Part shown: piece after piece, positions 11,109-21,457 of the stretch | How positions within the stretch are numbered: the stretch's first letter is position 1 | Layout of the letters: the number at the start of each line of letters is the position of its first letter | Assembly: GCA_043803945.1 (NCBI GenBank) | Contig: JAZDJN010000080.1 | Span: forward strand, 1 to 64,000 | Direction of reading: 5' to 3' | Length of the DNA stretch: 64,000 nucleotides | Source of the DNA: a bacterium | Lineage (GTDB): Bacteria; Bacteroidota; Ignavibacteria; UBA10030 | The notes under the pieces: generated by a model | Database searches by the model: none | The model's input: only the letters and a program-made list of their open reading frames with translations | Told to the model about the DNA's origin: nothing | Made by a program: the position numbers and the translations under genes

Positions 11109-11292
11109 GAATCACTCCATAAGTAAACTGTAATACTATTGCAACTTTTGTTCCATACCAACAATTAGCGTTTTCTTAGGTTAATCGAAAATTACTGAAG
11201 ATTTTACTTGGTTTTTATGCTGATGATTTCAACAATTGTAGAAAAAATAAGCATTTCAACTGGGCGGTAATGCACCATGATCTATCAATAGA

Positions 11293-11589
11293 ATGAAGGG
11301 CTATGTGGAAAAAAGTCAAAAAACGAAGGACGAAAGTAATAATATTTTTTGGCTGATCCTGATCAATGTTGCCCTTGGGTTTGCAACATTGGTCCTTATG
11401 GCAATTATTGGAATGATGCTCTTTAAAGAAATCAGACAGAAGTTAAGGAATCGAAAAACCGGGTGGATCGATTTGGAAGGTCTCGGTATTACCATGTATG
11501 ATGGATGCAAAAAACTGGATGAGCAGAAACGAATTGACGAACGTCATGGGGCGAAGGATTCACCTGAACCACCATCAAAAATTGAATGA
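11293..11589 (+). CDS. Hypothetical single-pass membrane protein
   Basis: One TM helix followed by LGITMYDG. Confidence 0.5.
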   Translation: MKGYVEKSQKTKDESNNIFWLILINVALGFATLVLMAIIGMMLFKEIRQKLRNRKTGWIDLEGLGITMYDGCKKLDEQKRIDERHGAKDSPEPPSKIE

Positions 11590-11632
11590 GAGATTGTAGA
11601 AAAGTCGTCCTGGGCTTTTCTGTAACGGTATG

Positions 11633-12367
11633 TTATTGGGGTTTGTCGGCAGCCTCTTCTTTGAGAAACATCCAGAAGAGCGGTTCAAGTTCTTCCAATC
11701 CCGATTCAATAAAATATGGGATACCATCACCGAAGGAATGGAGAATCACTACAGCGTTTACACTCGCGTCTTTTTCCGCCGCATTCGTAATCCGTTCAGA
11801 CATTCCCTTGTTCACCTTATTAATTGCACGATAAATATCGACGAGTTTTTTCATCTGCCAGTCCGGTTCCTTGCCATGGCGTGCCTTCAGGAACTGGGCC
11901 ACCAAGTACGCCGAGACCGATCGGAAAAACGTTTCGAGCGAATTGGCAAACGGGAGGTGAAACCTCACCATAGGGCGCAGAGGGTCCATCACCGGACAAT
12001 TACTTGATACCATATAGATACCGAGGATCGAGCTGATTCCCTTTTGCAACGCTACTTTCTTATAATAGATGCGGTAGGCAGTTTCGACGGTTACATGGGC
12101 AGTTTCATAAGAAACATAATCACGAAAGGTATCAACGAGGCGGGACAGGTTCACGGCAACCGGACAATGGGTAACTGCGTCGGGCAACGGGCAATTATCA
12201 CACTGACAAAAATTCAATTTTGTCCATTCGGGCTTCTCCATTTCATCTGAATAGATCAAACCAAGGGTTTCACCTTCCAGCGTAATATCAAACTCTTTTT
12301 CAACCCCATTCTCGAATTTGAACCGATAGAGAAATCGTACTGTGGAATTATCGCTTATTACACCCAT
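11633..12367 (-). CDS. Conserved Cys-containing protein (DUF6901-like)
   Basis: WT.L.FCQC.NCP..HCP, CP..LRPM.RFHLPFA. Confidence 0.65.
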   Translation of the reverse strand: MGVISDNSTVRFLYRFKFENGVEKEFDITLEGETLGLIYSDEMEKPEWTKLNFCQCDNCPLPDAVTHCPVAVNLSRLVDTFRDYVSYETAHVTVETAYRIYYKKVALQKGISSILGIYMVSSNCPVMDPLRPMVRFHLPFANSLETFFRSVSAYLVAQFLKARHGKEPDWQMKKLVDIYRAINKVNKGMSERITNAAEKDASVNAVVILHSFGDGIPYFIESGLEELEPLFWMFLKEEAADKPQ

Positions 12368-12424
12368 CCGTACTGTTCTGCTTTCTGTCCTACCCTTAAT
12401 GCCCTTCGCCGGTAAGCGTATTCG

Positions 12425-13099
12425 TTACTGCAACCGGTCTTGCAACACTTTCAGTTTCTGTGCCAGCTCTTTTGGATTAAAGCTGCCGCTTTCTAACGTC
12501 GCTTTACCGAACTCTGTTTTGGAAAAATCAATCAGCGCCTGAAGCCGTTCAACCGTTTTCGCGTTTGCTTGTTTTGCCCTGGCGATCAAATCTTCGCGTT
12601 GAATTTTTTCTTTCTCCGTCTTGTGGCTGGCAATACGGTCGAGCATATCCTGAAGATCCTTTAGAGGCTGAAGGACTTCCGTCGCAAGCATCGCTTCATA
12701 TTGCCGCTGCACTTCGTACAGCGCTTGTTCTGACGACTTTGACCGAAGCAGGGAACGGAGCCGGGTAACCAATTCCGTAGTTTCAACCGGTTTCACAAGG
12801 TAATCTTTAGCTCCCATTTTCAAGCATTCGATCGCCGTGCTGAAATCGGCAAACCCCGTTAGCATGATCGCCTCCGTATTCGGGAAGTGCTGCCGCATCA
12901 ACGTCAGCGCCTCCGTACCGCTCATCCTGGGCATATTGATATCGAGAAGAACAACATCGTAGTTTTTCTCTTTCATTTTTTCTAGTGCTGCCTCACCATC
13001 CTCCGCGACCTCAACATCAAACCCTTCCGATTTGAGACGAAATTTCAGAGAAACACGAAGACTCTCCTCGTCATCAACAACTAACACCTTTTCGTTCAT
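12425..13099 (-). CDS. Response regulator (REC plus helical pseudo-DHp tail)
   Basis: VVDD, LLDINMP, T, KP. Confidence 0.85.
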   Translation of the reverse strand: MNEKVLVVDDEESLRVSLKFRLKSEGFDVEVAEDGEAALEKMKEKNYDVVLLDINMPRMSGTEALTLMRQHFPNTEAIMLTGFADFSTAIECLKMGAKDYLVKPVETTELVTRLRSLLRSKSSEQALYEVQRQYEAMLATEVLQPLKDLQDMLDRIASHKTEKEKIQREDLIARAKQANAKTVERLQALIDFSKTEFGKATLESGSFNPKELAQKLKVLQDRLQ

Positions 13100-13136
13100 A
13101 GAATCCTCTTTGAGATAGATAATGGTAGTAGTAATC

Positions 13137-14264
13137 TTATTCCGCTACTGGTAATGTAAAACTGAACGTCGTTTCTTTTCCTGGTATACTTTGAACTGCA
13201 ACTGTTCCCCCCTGGGCTTCGACGATGAGTTTACAGATCACAAGCCCCAAGCCTGTCCCTTTCGATTTTACTTTCCTCGCCGAAGAGGTTTGCTTATAGC
13301 GGGTAAACAAATTCTGTACTTCTTCCGGTTGCACACCGAGCCCCGTATCGGTAATGTTGATACGAACATATCGTTTCAACATCGACGCGTCGACCGGACT
13401 TTCCTTTGAGATCGACTCACCCGAGAGTACGATTGTCCCGCCGCTTGATGTGAACTTCAACGCGTTACTGATAAAGTTCATCACCACTTGTTCTGTTTTC
13501 GCAGAATCCGCAAGGACGTTGGGCAGATCGCTTGGGATCTGTTCTTCCAGGGTTACATTCTTTTGTCTGAATTGCAGCATCATCTGGCGCGTGACCGGTT
13601 CGATAAACCGGTTGACGGGCACGGCAATAATATCGAAGGAACTATTGCCCGCCTCATATTTGGAGACATCGAGGAAATCGCTTATCAGATCCAGTAATCT
13701 CACCGCCGATGTTTTCGCGGAACGTATCAACTCAAAGTAGTCCTCGTCAAGAGGCTGGCCTTTCGGCGATTCGAGAATCAATTCCACGACACTCTTCACG
13801 CCAATGAGCGGACTCCGCAGGTCGTGGACCATCATCGCCATAAAGTCGGATTTGGTTTGCTCCAGCTCTGCCTCGGCTTTTTTAAGACGGATGAGCATTT
13901 TGGTGCGAACCAGCAACTCCTCCGTATCGATAGGTTTTGTAAGATACTGATCTGCGCCTAATGCCAATCCTGTTGCAATACTCTCGGCGTCCTTTCGCTG
14001 TGCCGTTAAGAAGATAACGGGAATCTTTACACTGCGCGGATTTGTCCGAAGGCGCTTTAATGTCTCAAATCCATCCATCTCCGGCATTTGGATATCGAGT
14101 AAAATGAGATCCGGTTGAAATTCTTCTGCCATGGCCAAACACATTTTACCGCTTGTCGCCCGCAGCATCTTCACCGGCTTACGCTTCAATGCAAATTCAA
14201 GCAAGTCGAGATTATCTTCGGTATCGTCGACCACCAGGATGGTTGGCTCAAATTCTGTGCTCAT
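13137..14264 (-). CDS. Hybrid REC-HisKA-HATPase kinase
   Basis: REC domain; HDLRSPL; NALKF; GTGLGL. Confidence 0.9.
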   Translation of the reverse strand: MSTEFEPTILVVDDTEDNLDLLEFALKRKPVKMLRATSGKMCLAMAEEFQPDLILLDIQMPEMDGFETLKRLRTNPRSVKIPVIFLTAQRKDAESIATGLALGADQYLTKPIDTEELLVRTKMLIRLKKAEAELEQTKSDFMAMMVHDLRSPLIGVKSVVELILESPKGQPLDEDYFELIRSAKTSAVRLLDLISDFLDVSKYEAGNSSFDIIAVPVNRFIEPVTRQMMLQFRQKNVTLEEQIPSDLPNVLADSAKTEQVVMNFISNALKFTSSGGTIVLSGESISKESPVDASMLKRYVRINITDTGLGVQPEEVQNLFTRYKQTSSARKVKSKGTGLGLVICKLIVEAQGGTVAVQSIPGKETTFSFTLPVAE

Positions 14265-14287
14265 ACGTTGCCCTGTTTAGTGATGAA

Positions 14288-17164
14288 TTAATGACCGCCT
14301 GAAAGAATTCGCTTGATGGTGTTCGTCATTTCAGCGGTTGAGAATGAATCTTTCTTCATGTAATCGGTAATATGTAATGATAATTCCTTCTGCTCCTCAT
14401 CCGTTAATTCTTTCCCCGAAAGGATGATAACGGGAATTTGCTTCCATTGCGGATTTTTCTGCAATTCCCGTACGACCTGGAAACCATCCATGCCGGGCAT
14501 GATCAGATCGAGCAAAATGAGGGAAGGAATCGATTCCTGAATCACCTCAAGCGCTTTTTTGCCATCTGTCGCAATCTTCACGTTGAAGCCGTCCCGCTTC
14601 AGGAGGTCGCGAAATGCCAGGGCAAAATCTTCATGATCATCAACGACCAAAATGAATTGATCGCCCGATTTGTGGAATTGTCTGATCAGGTTCAGCAGCC
14701 GCCGTGGATCAGTGGGCTTTGTCATCACATCAACAGCGCCCAGCGACATCGCCAGCGGTTTATTTTCCACAATCGAGTGGATGATAACCGGAATATCCTT
14801 GGTCGCGTCGTTCTGTTTTAATTCTCTCAGTACCTGCCATCCATCTTTCTGCGGCATCATGATATCAAGGGTGATGAGCGCAGGTTTGGCTTTCGCTGCA
14901 AGCGAAAGGCCTTCCTCGCCCGAGAGTGCGCTGATGACCGAATATCCTTCAGGAATAAGATACTTTCTGAGAATCTCAATCACATCGGGATCATCATCAA
15001 TACAAAGAATTTGAATACCCTTGGTCGACTCCATCATTCTGGTCGTCGAGGGGGTCGTTGCCCTCACCGGTTTCGGCTGCACCACACGAACCTCGGCAGA
15101 CTTCGCTGTTGGTGTTTCCTGCTTCGGCAACACCGGCGGGATGGTAAGCGTAAAAATTGCTCCTTTGCCTATCTCACTCTCGAGGGTTATATCACCGCCG
15201 AGCAATCGGGCCAGACGCCGGGAGATTGGGAGACCAAGTCCGGTCCCTTTATACTTTCTCGTATTGCTGCTATCGACCTGCTTAAACTCCTCGAACACAA
15301 TATTAAAATTTTTCTTTTCGATACCAATGCCGGCATCCTTGACAGCAAACGAGACCATCCCATGATCTTCCCTCACTTTAATCGAGATATCTCCCTTCTC
15401 TGTGAATTTTGCTGCATTACTAAGCAGGTTGACAAGAATTTGCCTGACCTTAACGACGTCTGTGACCAGCGTAGGAAGATCCTGTGGAAGATCCTGAACA
15501 AGGTTCAAACCCTTCGACTTAATCAACTGCTCGACAATCATAATGGCATTCGACACCGTCGTCGGCACATCTTCACTCTCCACACTCAGCGTCATACGGC
15601 CCGACTCAAGTTTTGAAAGATCGAGTATATCGTTAATGAGCTGCAAGAGATGTTTGCCGTTTTTCAGGATTTTCTCCAGCGCCATTTTCTGATCGGGGGT
15701 CAGCGGATCGCCGGTTGGGCCGAGGAGCACCGAGCTGAATCCGATTATCGAATTTAATGGCGTGCGAAGTTCATGAGACATACTGGAGAGGAAGTCGGAC
15801 TTTACCCGGTAGGCGTTTTCCAACTCGTCGGTCTTCTGTGTTAATTCCTCATTCCGTTTTGCGATCTCCATAGAGAGCTTGCGTGTTGCATCATCATTAA
15901 TGGCATTGGTTATGGCAACGCTAAGCTGGGGAACGGAATTGTTGATGATCTCTTTTTCCATCTCGCTGAATTGCTTCATCGAGCCGAGGACCATCACGCC
16001 GATGACACGATCCTGGAAGAGTATCGGCACTGAGGTGATGTAATTCGGTACAAGCTCTACCAGGCCGGTGTCGATTGAGAATCCTGCATCAGAGGGAATC
16101 GATGCGACCTCAATGATTTTTTCTTCGAGGGCACATTGACCGGGGATTCCTTCACCGACCTTGAAGGATTTTATTAATGCTCCATTCTGTTTTAACGCAA
16201 ATCCGGCGGTCAGATCCAGCGTGTTATCCTCTTTGTTCAGGAGATACAGAGCACCGACCGAGGCACCGGTATGATGACAGAGCAATTGGAGGCTTTTTTC
16301 TTCGACCTCCTGCAACGATTCGAGATTATTCAGTGTTGTGACTAATTCAGAATATGCCTGCAGGCGGGTATAATTGCTTCCCAGCATGGCCGACATCTTA
16401 TTAAAATCATTGGCAAGCTGTCCCAGTTCATCCGATCGATGGAGCTCGATAGGCTCAAACTTTCCCACCATGATATTCTGAGTCCCTTGCTGCAAGAGCT
16501 GGATGGGTTTGGTGATCGACCGGGTTAAGATGAATCCCAATGCAATGGAGAAGAGCGCCAGCAGCACATTGATGATGGTAATAAACTTACCAAGGCCGGC
16601 ACTGTCGTTGGCAGCATTGGTGATACTCCGGGGCTGCGATGAAATTTTCAGTTGATGCAACTCCCGGATAATTTCCCGAGTTCTCGTTAACCAGCGCATC
16701 TGTGCTTCCAGTTCCGCGATAGCCTTGAGCTGGATTTCGAGGTCTGCGACCTTCTCCTTTCTTCTCATCCGCTCACCCAGTTCAATCTGCTTGTTGCCAA
16801 TATTTTGAACCCAGAGTGTGAAGAGATCGCGCAATTGCATAACGTTCTGTTGATTGACACTGTCGGGAAAATCGCTTTTCAGAGCACTCCAGAGTTGATC
16901 AAACTCTTCCGATTGCTTTGCATAGATATCAAATGAAGTGCGTGAGCTGGTCAAGGCATATTCCTGAGCAGATTGCGGCATATCGTTGACTGCGCGGCGG
17001 AGCTGTTCAATGCGCATCAGTGAATAAATGTTTTCGTTCGCGACAATGAAGTTTCCTTGAATCTTGTCGAGAATGTTCAATGTCAAAATAGTCATTGCTG
17101 TCAGAATCATGAGCAAGAGCGCAAAGTTTGCGAGAACTCTCCAGTATAATTTTGATTTCAGCAT
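14288..17164 (-). CDS. Membrane hybrid histidine kinase (sensor-HAMP-GAF-HisKA-HATPase-REC-REC)
   Basis: Two TM, DELGQLA HAMP, GEGIPGQCA GAF, SHELRTPL, two receivers. Confidence 0.92.
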   Translation of the reverse strand: MLKSKLYWRVLANFALLLMILTAMTILTLNILDKIQGNFIVANENIYSLMRIEQLRRAVNDMPQSAQEYALTSSRTSFDIYAKQSEEFDQLWSALKSDFPDSVNQQNVMQLRDLFTLWVQNIGNKQIELGERMRRKEKVADLEIQLKAIAELEAQMRWLTRTREIIRELHQLKISSQPRSITNAANDSAGLGKFITIINVLLALFSIALGFILTRSITKPIQLLQQGTQNIMVGKFEPIELHRSDELGQLANDFNKMSAMLGSNYTRLQAYSELVTTLNNLESLQEVEEKSLQLLCHHTGASVGALYLLNKEDNTLDLTAGFALKQNGALIKSFKVGEGIPGQCALEEKIIEVASIPSDAGFSIDTGLVELVPNYITSVPILFQDRVIGVMVLGSMKQFSEMEKEIINNSVPQLSVAITNAINDDATRKLSMEIAKRNEELTQKTDELENAYRVKSDFLSSMSHELRTPLNSIIGFSSVLLGPTGDPLTPDQKMALEKILKNGKHLLQLINDILDLSKLESGRMTLSVESEDVPTTVSNAIMIVEQLIKSKGLNLVQDLPQDLPTLVTDVVKVRQILVNLLSNAAKFTEKGDISIKVREDHGMVSFAVKDAGIGIEKKNFNIVFEEFKQVDSSNTRKYKGTGLGLPISRRLARLLGGDITLESEIGKGAIFTLTIPPVLPKQETPTAKSAEVRVVQPKPVRATTPSTTRMMESTKGIQILCIDDDPDVIEILRKYLIPEGYSVISALSGEEGLSLAAKAKPALITLDIMMPQKDGWQVLRELKQNDATKDIPVIIHSIVENKPLAMSLGAVDVMTKPTDPRRLLNLIRQFHKSGDQFILVVDDHEDFALAFRDLLKRDGFNVKIATDGKKALEVIQESIPSLILLDLIMPGMDGFQVVRELQKNPQWKQIPVIILSGKELTDEEQKELSLHITDYMKKDSFSTAEMTNTIKRILSGGH

Positions 17165-17226
17165 GGGATCCTATTCATTCTGTACTCTATGAATGTAGCT
17201 TTCAGGCATTTACAGCATGCCATCAG

Positions 17227-17601
17227 TTATATCTTGAGATGTTTTTGTATGAGTTGGAGCAGCTCTTCTGGATCCATCGGCTTGGCATAATGCTCCGCAC
17301 ATCCAATCTCTTTTGTCCGTGCTTTATCTTCCAGTTTGACCTGTGCCGTAAATGCGATGATGGGAATATCTTTCGTTCGCTCATCAGCCCTCAGAATCGG
17401 CACGGCTTTCCACCCATCCATGACAGGCATTTGCATATCCATCAAAATGAGATCCGGTTTTTTTCTGAAGGCTTTTTCAATCGCCTCCTCACCGTTCTCG
17501 GCAATTTCCAACTCGATATCCAGCCTGCTTCGTGCAATGACGAAACTGACAAGGTCGCGGTTATCTTCATCATCCTCTGCCAATAACAGCAGTTTGCTCA
17601 T
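17227..17601 (-). CDS. Single-domain response regulator (DivK/CheY-like)
   Basis: AEDD, LMDMQMP, KP. Confidence 0.88.
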   Translation of the reverse strand: MSKLLLLAEDDEDNRDLVSFVIARSRLDIELEIAENGEEAIEKAFRKKPDLILMDMQMPVMDGWKAVPILRADERTKDIPIIAFTAQVKLEDKARTKEIGCAEHYAKPMDPEELLQLIQKHLKI

Positions 17602-17671
17602 AGTATCACTCCTTTTCAACAATATTCAAAACTATCATTTTACTTTTTTATGTTCAATGACTCCTGCACAG

Positions 17672-19873
17672 TTATGCCATGGAAGAAATATACTCTCGCA
17701 GACGAGCAAGTTTTTCCTGCATCATGGCAACGATCTGCTCATACTCGATAGGAAGTTCGGTAACCCCTTCGTTGGGCCTCAGTTCCGATGAGCGCAATTC
17801 TTCGGTTTCCCCCGGCTCACTTAAAATAATAAATGGAATAAAATTACACTTTGGATTGATCCGGATCAGGTGCAAGAACTTCAAACCGCTCAATCCACCG
17901 GGAAATTGTGCATCGCAGAGGATGACATTCGGATTCACTTTTTCAATTTTTTCCAGAGCCTGCTCGGGGGTTTTAGCTTGAACCACGGCGTACCCAGTCG
18001 ATTTCAGACGCTGGGTGATGTCATATTTCGAACCGATAGACTTCGAGATATAGAGCACCGTTCCTTTATACTGATCGGCAACAAGGTCAAGCAGGAATTT
18101 CGATTCGTTCTCCAGATACTCTGCAATACTGATTTGATACACCTTTCTCAGCCATTCGAGTGTTGACGATGAGTTACGCAATAATTTTTTCTTGGCAATA
18201 ATTTCCTTCACCGCTCGGCTGTACATCTCAATCTTCACTTCACGCTGAACAGAAGCTTCAACCTCGGCTGGAATTTCCAGCGACCCGGCAAGATCATGGA
18301 TCGATTGTGCCACTTGATCCAGCGGTGCACCATTGACCCACGCCGCTTCGAGGGAGACGCGAAACTGCTTGACGGCCGTCTGGATCTGGCGTTTCGCTAC
18401 TTCTTCACGAGCCTTCTTTTCATTCTCAAGCGCACTCGAGAGTTCCTCAATCTGACGGCGCATCTCTGTAAAGCGTTTTTGCTCTTCTGCCGCCCGTTGT
18501 TCTACTTCAATGCGTTTTACTTCTTCAGCGGCGCGCTGAATTTCCTCCTGTTTGAGGCGTTCCTCTTCAGCAAGTTTGGCTTCCAATTCCTTACGACGGC
18601 GCTCCCCGGCGGTGATCCGTTCTACAAGTTCCTTTCGTTTCTTCTCTTCTTCTGCCTTCACTTCCTGTTCGCGCCGCATCTGCTCTTCAAGCAGGTGCTG
18701 TTCTTCCCGTTGACGTTGTTCTTCCCGAAGCTTTGCCTCTATTTCCCGCTTCATCTGTTCTTCAAGCTCTTTCCGGCGGCGCTCGTCTGCTATCTTTGCT
18801 TCCAGTTCAAGCCTCAGCCGTTCTTCCCGGACAATTTTTTCTTCGAGCTCTTTTCGCTTCCGCTCTTCCTCCGCTGCACGTGCTTCAAGCTCACGGCGTT
18901 TTCGTTCTTCTTCAGCGGCACGTTGTTCCAGGTCTTTTCTTTTGCGTTCTTCTTCGGCCAATAACTCTATTTCCCGGCGCTTTCGCTCCTCTGCAGCGAT
19001 TCGCAATTCAAGTTCTTTCCGCCGTTGCTCTTCCGCGTAAATGCGGTCTTCCAGTTCCCGCCGTCTTCGTTCCTCTTCTGCAGCGCGTTGTTCAAGGTCA
19101 TTTCGTTTCCGATCATCTTCGGCTGATTCAATATCTCTTCGCTTCCGTGTTTCGGATGCGATACGCTCTTCAAGCTCTTTCCGCTTCTTGCGCTCAGATT
19201 CCATTCTTGCTTCAAGATCTCTGCGTAACCGTTCTTCCGCTTGAGTGCGCGATTCAATCTCTTTCCGAATTTCCTCCTCAGCGGCATCCCATGCTTGAAG
19301 ATCTTGAGTTTGTTCATCCGCGGGCAACAGTTTTTTCGTTGTATCCTGAAGCGAAGCTTGGGGAGTCCTTATCTCGGCAATTTTTTGAATGGGAGAACTC
19401 TTCACTGCCCCTGAAACAGGCGGTGGAACCGGTTTCTGACCAGTCTGAGGTGAAGCGTGAGGTGCGGGTTGATGTACAGCTTGAGGTTGGGAATGAGCTA
19501 CAATGTCCTTTGCCGCTGGATGATGCTGAGCCGGCGTTTTTACCGCTTGAGGAGCGGGTACTGCATGAGCAGTCGATTTTTCTGCATTTACCATTTCTGC
19601 AGATTTGCTTTCAATCGTTGGCGGTGTTTCTTTCTTTTTTGCCGCTTGGACCGCTTTTCGTTGCTGCTCTTCGAAATACGTAATACGGTCCTGAAACGCA
19701 TAGATATACACATTCGACGGATCGAGCTGTTTTGCTTTATCAAGCTCTTCTTTGGCGGATGCAAACAGCATATCTTTCAGAAACTTATCGGCCGCAATAA
19801 GACATTGACGGGCCGCATCTTTCGATTCCGTTTGAAGGGAAGATTCCTGATTTTTTGCAATGGGTTTCGCCAC
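17672..19873 (-). CDS. Long coiled-coil protein with degenerate C-terminal receiver-like domain
   Basis: Pro/Ala/Gln linker, E/R-rich repeats, PNVILCD..IPFIILS. Confidence 0.75.
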   Translation of the reverse strand: MAKPIAKNQESSLQTESKDAARQCLIAADKFLKDMLFASAKEELDKAKQLDPSNVYIYAFQDRITYFEEQQRKAVQAAKKKETPPTIESKSAEMVNAEKSTAHAVPAPQAVKTPAQHHPAAKDIVAHSQPQAVHQPAPHASPQTGQKPVPPPVSGAVKSSPIQKIAEIRTPQASLQDTTKKLLPADEQTQDLQAWDAAEEEIRKEIESRTQAEERLRRDLEARMESERKKRKELEERIASETRKRRDIESAEDDRKRNDLEQRAAEEERRRRELEDRIYAEEQRRKELELRIAAEERKRREIELLAEEERKRKDLEQRAAEEERKRRELEARAAEEERKRKELEEKIVREERLRLELEAKIADERRRKELEEQMKREIEAKLREEQRQREEQHLLEEQMRREQEVKAEEEKKRKELVERITAGERRRKELEAKLAEEERLKQEEIQRAAEEVKRIEVEQRAAEEQKRFTEMRRQIEELSSALENEKKAREEVAKRQIQTAVKQFRVSLEAAWVNGAPLDQVAQSIHDLAGSLEIPAEVEASVQREVKIEMYSRAVKEIIAKKKLLRNSSSTLEWLRKVYQISIAEYLENESKFLLDLVADQYKGTVLYISKSIGSKYDITQRLKSTGYAVVQAKTPEQALEKIEKVNPNVILCDAQFPGGLSGLKFLHLIRINPKCNFIPFIILSEPGETEELRSSELRPNEGVTELPIEYEQIVAMMQEKLARLREYISSMA
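18500..19290 (-). repeat. Coding degenerate tandem repeat (about 14 aa, AEEERKRKELE-like)
   Basis: Recurrent units visible in the translation; boundaries approximate. Confidence 0.7.
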
Positions 19874-20058
19874 TTGACCTGATATTCTTATTCGTTTACT
19901 CTTTTTCCATCACTCGCTGTGTCGCATCCTGCGATATTCAAGATGTTGTCCTGATTACTTCTCTTTTCTGCGATAACCATTGATCTTCTTCTCCAGTTAA
20001 CCATTTGCCTGCTGACTAAAGGTAAAACCGGAGCACTCTCGCATTGATGAAAGTGAGA

Positions 20059-20604
20059 TTAAAAGGTCATCACTCGAGAGAATCGAAGCGTATCCTTTAA
20101 ATATCGTGAATGACTGACATAAACATCGATTCTTTTAAAAAAAGTCCGCCCGGAAGAATTCGATTCGGTATTGCTAAATGTTGTATAAAACACATTCGAC
20201 CAGACCGTAAAAGAGTCGGTCAATTGGATTGACGCTACCCTGCGTTGATACCCATCATAGTCATCGAAATCATCATAGAATGTTGTCGCAGTTGATTTGA
20301 ACGGTTTGAGATCCGGAAAGGGGCGAATCCCATCACGTTCTGCGCCGCCGTCCGGGCCAAGCTTATCCTCAGTTGTAAAAGACAATGCACTCCAGACATT
20401 GGTAGTCGAAACCGATACTTTTTCATCGAACCTTTTCGTCCTCGTTTCAATGAGAAGATCCTGAGCGAGCATGACGGCTTCATCAAACGCCTGCGTTTCA
20501 TACGAGAGTACCGCGCTTTCAATCATCATCCGGTTTACACTTATAACGGACAACATAACGAGCGAGAAAAATGCCGCACTAATCATTGTTTGGCCTAGGC
20601 CCAT
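20059..20604 (-). CDS. Pilin-like protein without a prepilin leader
   Basis: MGLGQT then hydrophobic helix, A..LA..L.E, DDFDDYDG, KRIDV.V. Confidence 0.6.
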   Translation of the reverse strand: MGLGQTMISAAFFSLVMLSVISVNRMMIESAVLSYETQAFDEAVMLAQDLLIETRTKRFDEKVSVSTTNVWSALSFTTEDKLGPDGGAERDGIRPFPDLKPFKSTATTFYDDFDDYDGYQRRVASIQLTDSFTVWSNVFYTTFSNTESNSSGRTFFKRIDVYVSHSRYLKDTLRFSRVMTF

Positions 20605-20635
20605 TTACTTCCTTTACAGTACTGTTTCATTGCCG

Positions 20636-21424
20636 TTACTCCTTAAGTGGAACAGAGTCCCCCGACTGTTTCTGGAGGTCTTTGATTTTTCCCGTCAAGG
20701 CTTCCTGGAGCTTCGATTCATAGCCCACCTCAGAGAAATTGCCATGCAGCACATTCGCCATGTTGAGCATGGATTTCACGGCAGAGGCGATAACACTGTA
20801 CTCCTGATTCATCTCGCCGAAGACCTTTTCGATCTGATCGCGGCCGATCTCGTTCATATACGGCATCAATTCCGTTTCGTGGCGCTTAATGTTCAGCGAC
20901 ACCAGCGAGAGGGAGTGGTTCACAATTTGGGCAATCGATGCCAGTGTACTATGGAATGTTTCCACGGCAACGAGACTTTTTTCCCGCTCGCGTTCAATTT
21001 GCTCCCGTTGTTCCTTTTCCTTTCGGAAGAGATACCGCTCATGAACGCCGGCAATGAGCAGCGAGATATGATCAACATCGATATGCTCCTTGCGGACATA
21101 ATCGTATGCCCCCAGCTTCATGGCCTCAACCGCAATGGTTTCCGTTCCTGCTGCTGTCAACATGACGACCGGCGTATCGATTTGCTTATCATTTTTCCAT
21201 TTGATGACATCCAGGCCGTTCATTCCCAGCATTTTATAATCGAGTACGACGACATCGAACTGATCCTCCTGCAGCGCCTTAATGGCTTCTTCGCCCGATT
21301 CACACGCTGTGACGTTTACGCGTCCGTTTGCCGACAGCACCTGTTTGAGTACCCCGCGAAACGAATCGTCGTCATCGACGATCAGAACTGCGTGTAATTC
21401 ATGGGAGTGTGGTTGCATCATCAT
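20636..21424 (-). CDS. Response regulator (REC plus pseudo-DHp)
   Basis: VDDDD, VLDY, AMKLGAYDY. Confidence 0.85.
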   Translation of the reverse strand: MMMQPHSHELHAVLIVDDDDSFRGVLKQVLSANGRVNVTACESGEEAIKALQEDQFDVVVLDYKMLGMNGLDVIKWKNDKQIDTPVVMLTAAGTETIAVEAMKLGAYDYVRKEHIDVDHISLLIAGVHERYLFRKEKEQREQIEREREKSLVAVETFHSTLASIAQIVNHSLSLVSLNIKRHETELMPYMNEIGRDQIEKVFGEMNQEYSVIASAVKSMLNMANVLHGNFSEVGYESKLQEALTGKIKDLQKQSGDSVPLKE

Positions 21425-21457
21425 TGGATCCCTCTTCCTTCTAGAGCACTAATCCTC

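Noticed and set aside
18296-21397. Long plus-strand ORFs (18296-18964, 18733-19683, 20471-21397)
   Set aside because: They are antisense shadows of well-supported minus-strand genes, partly caused by low-complexity E/R codons.
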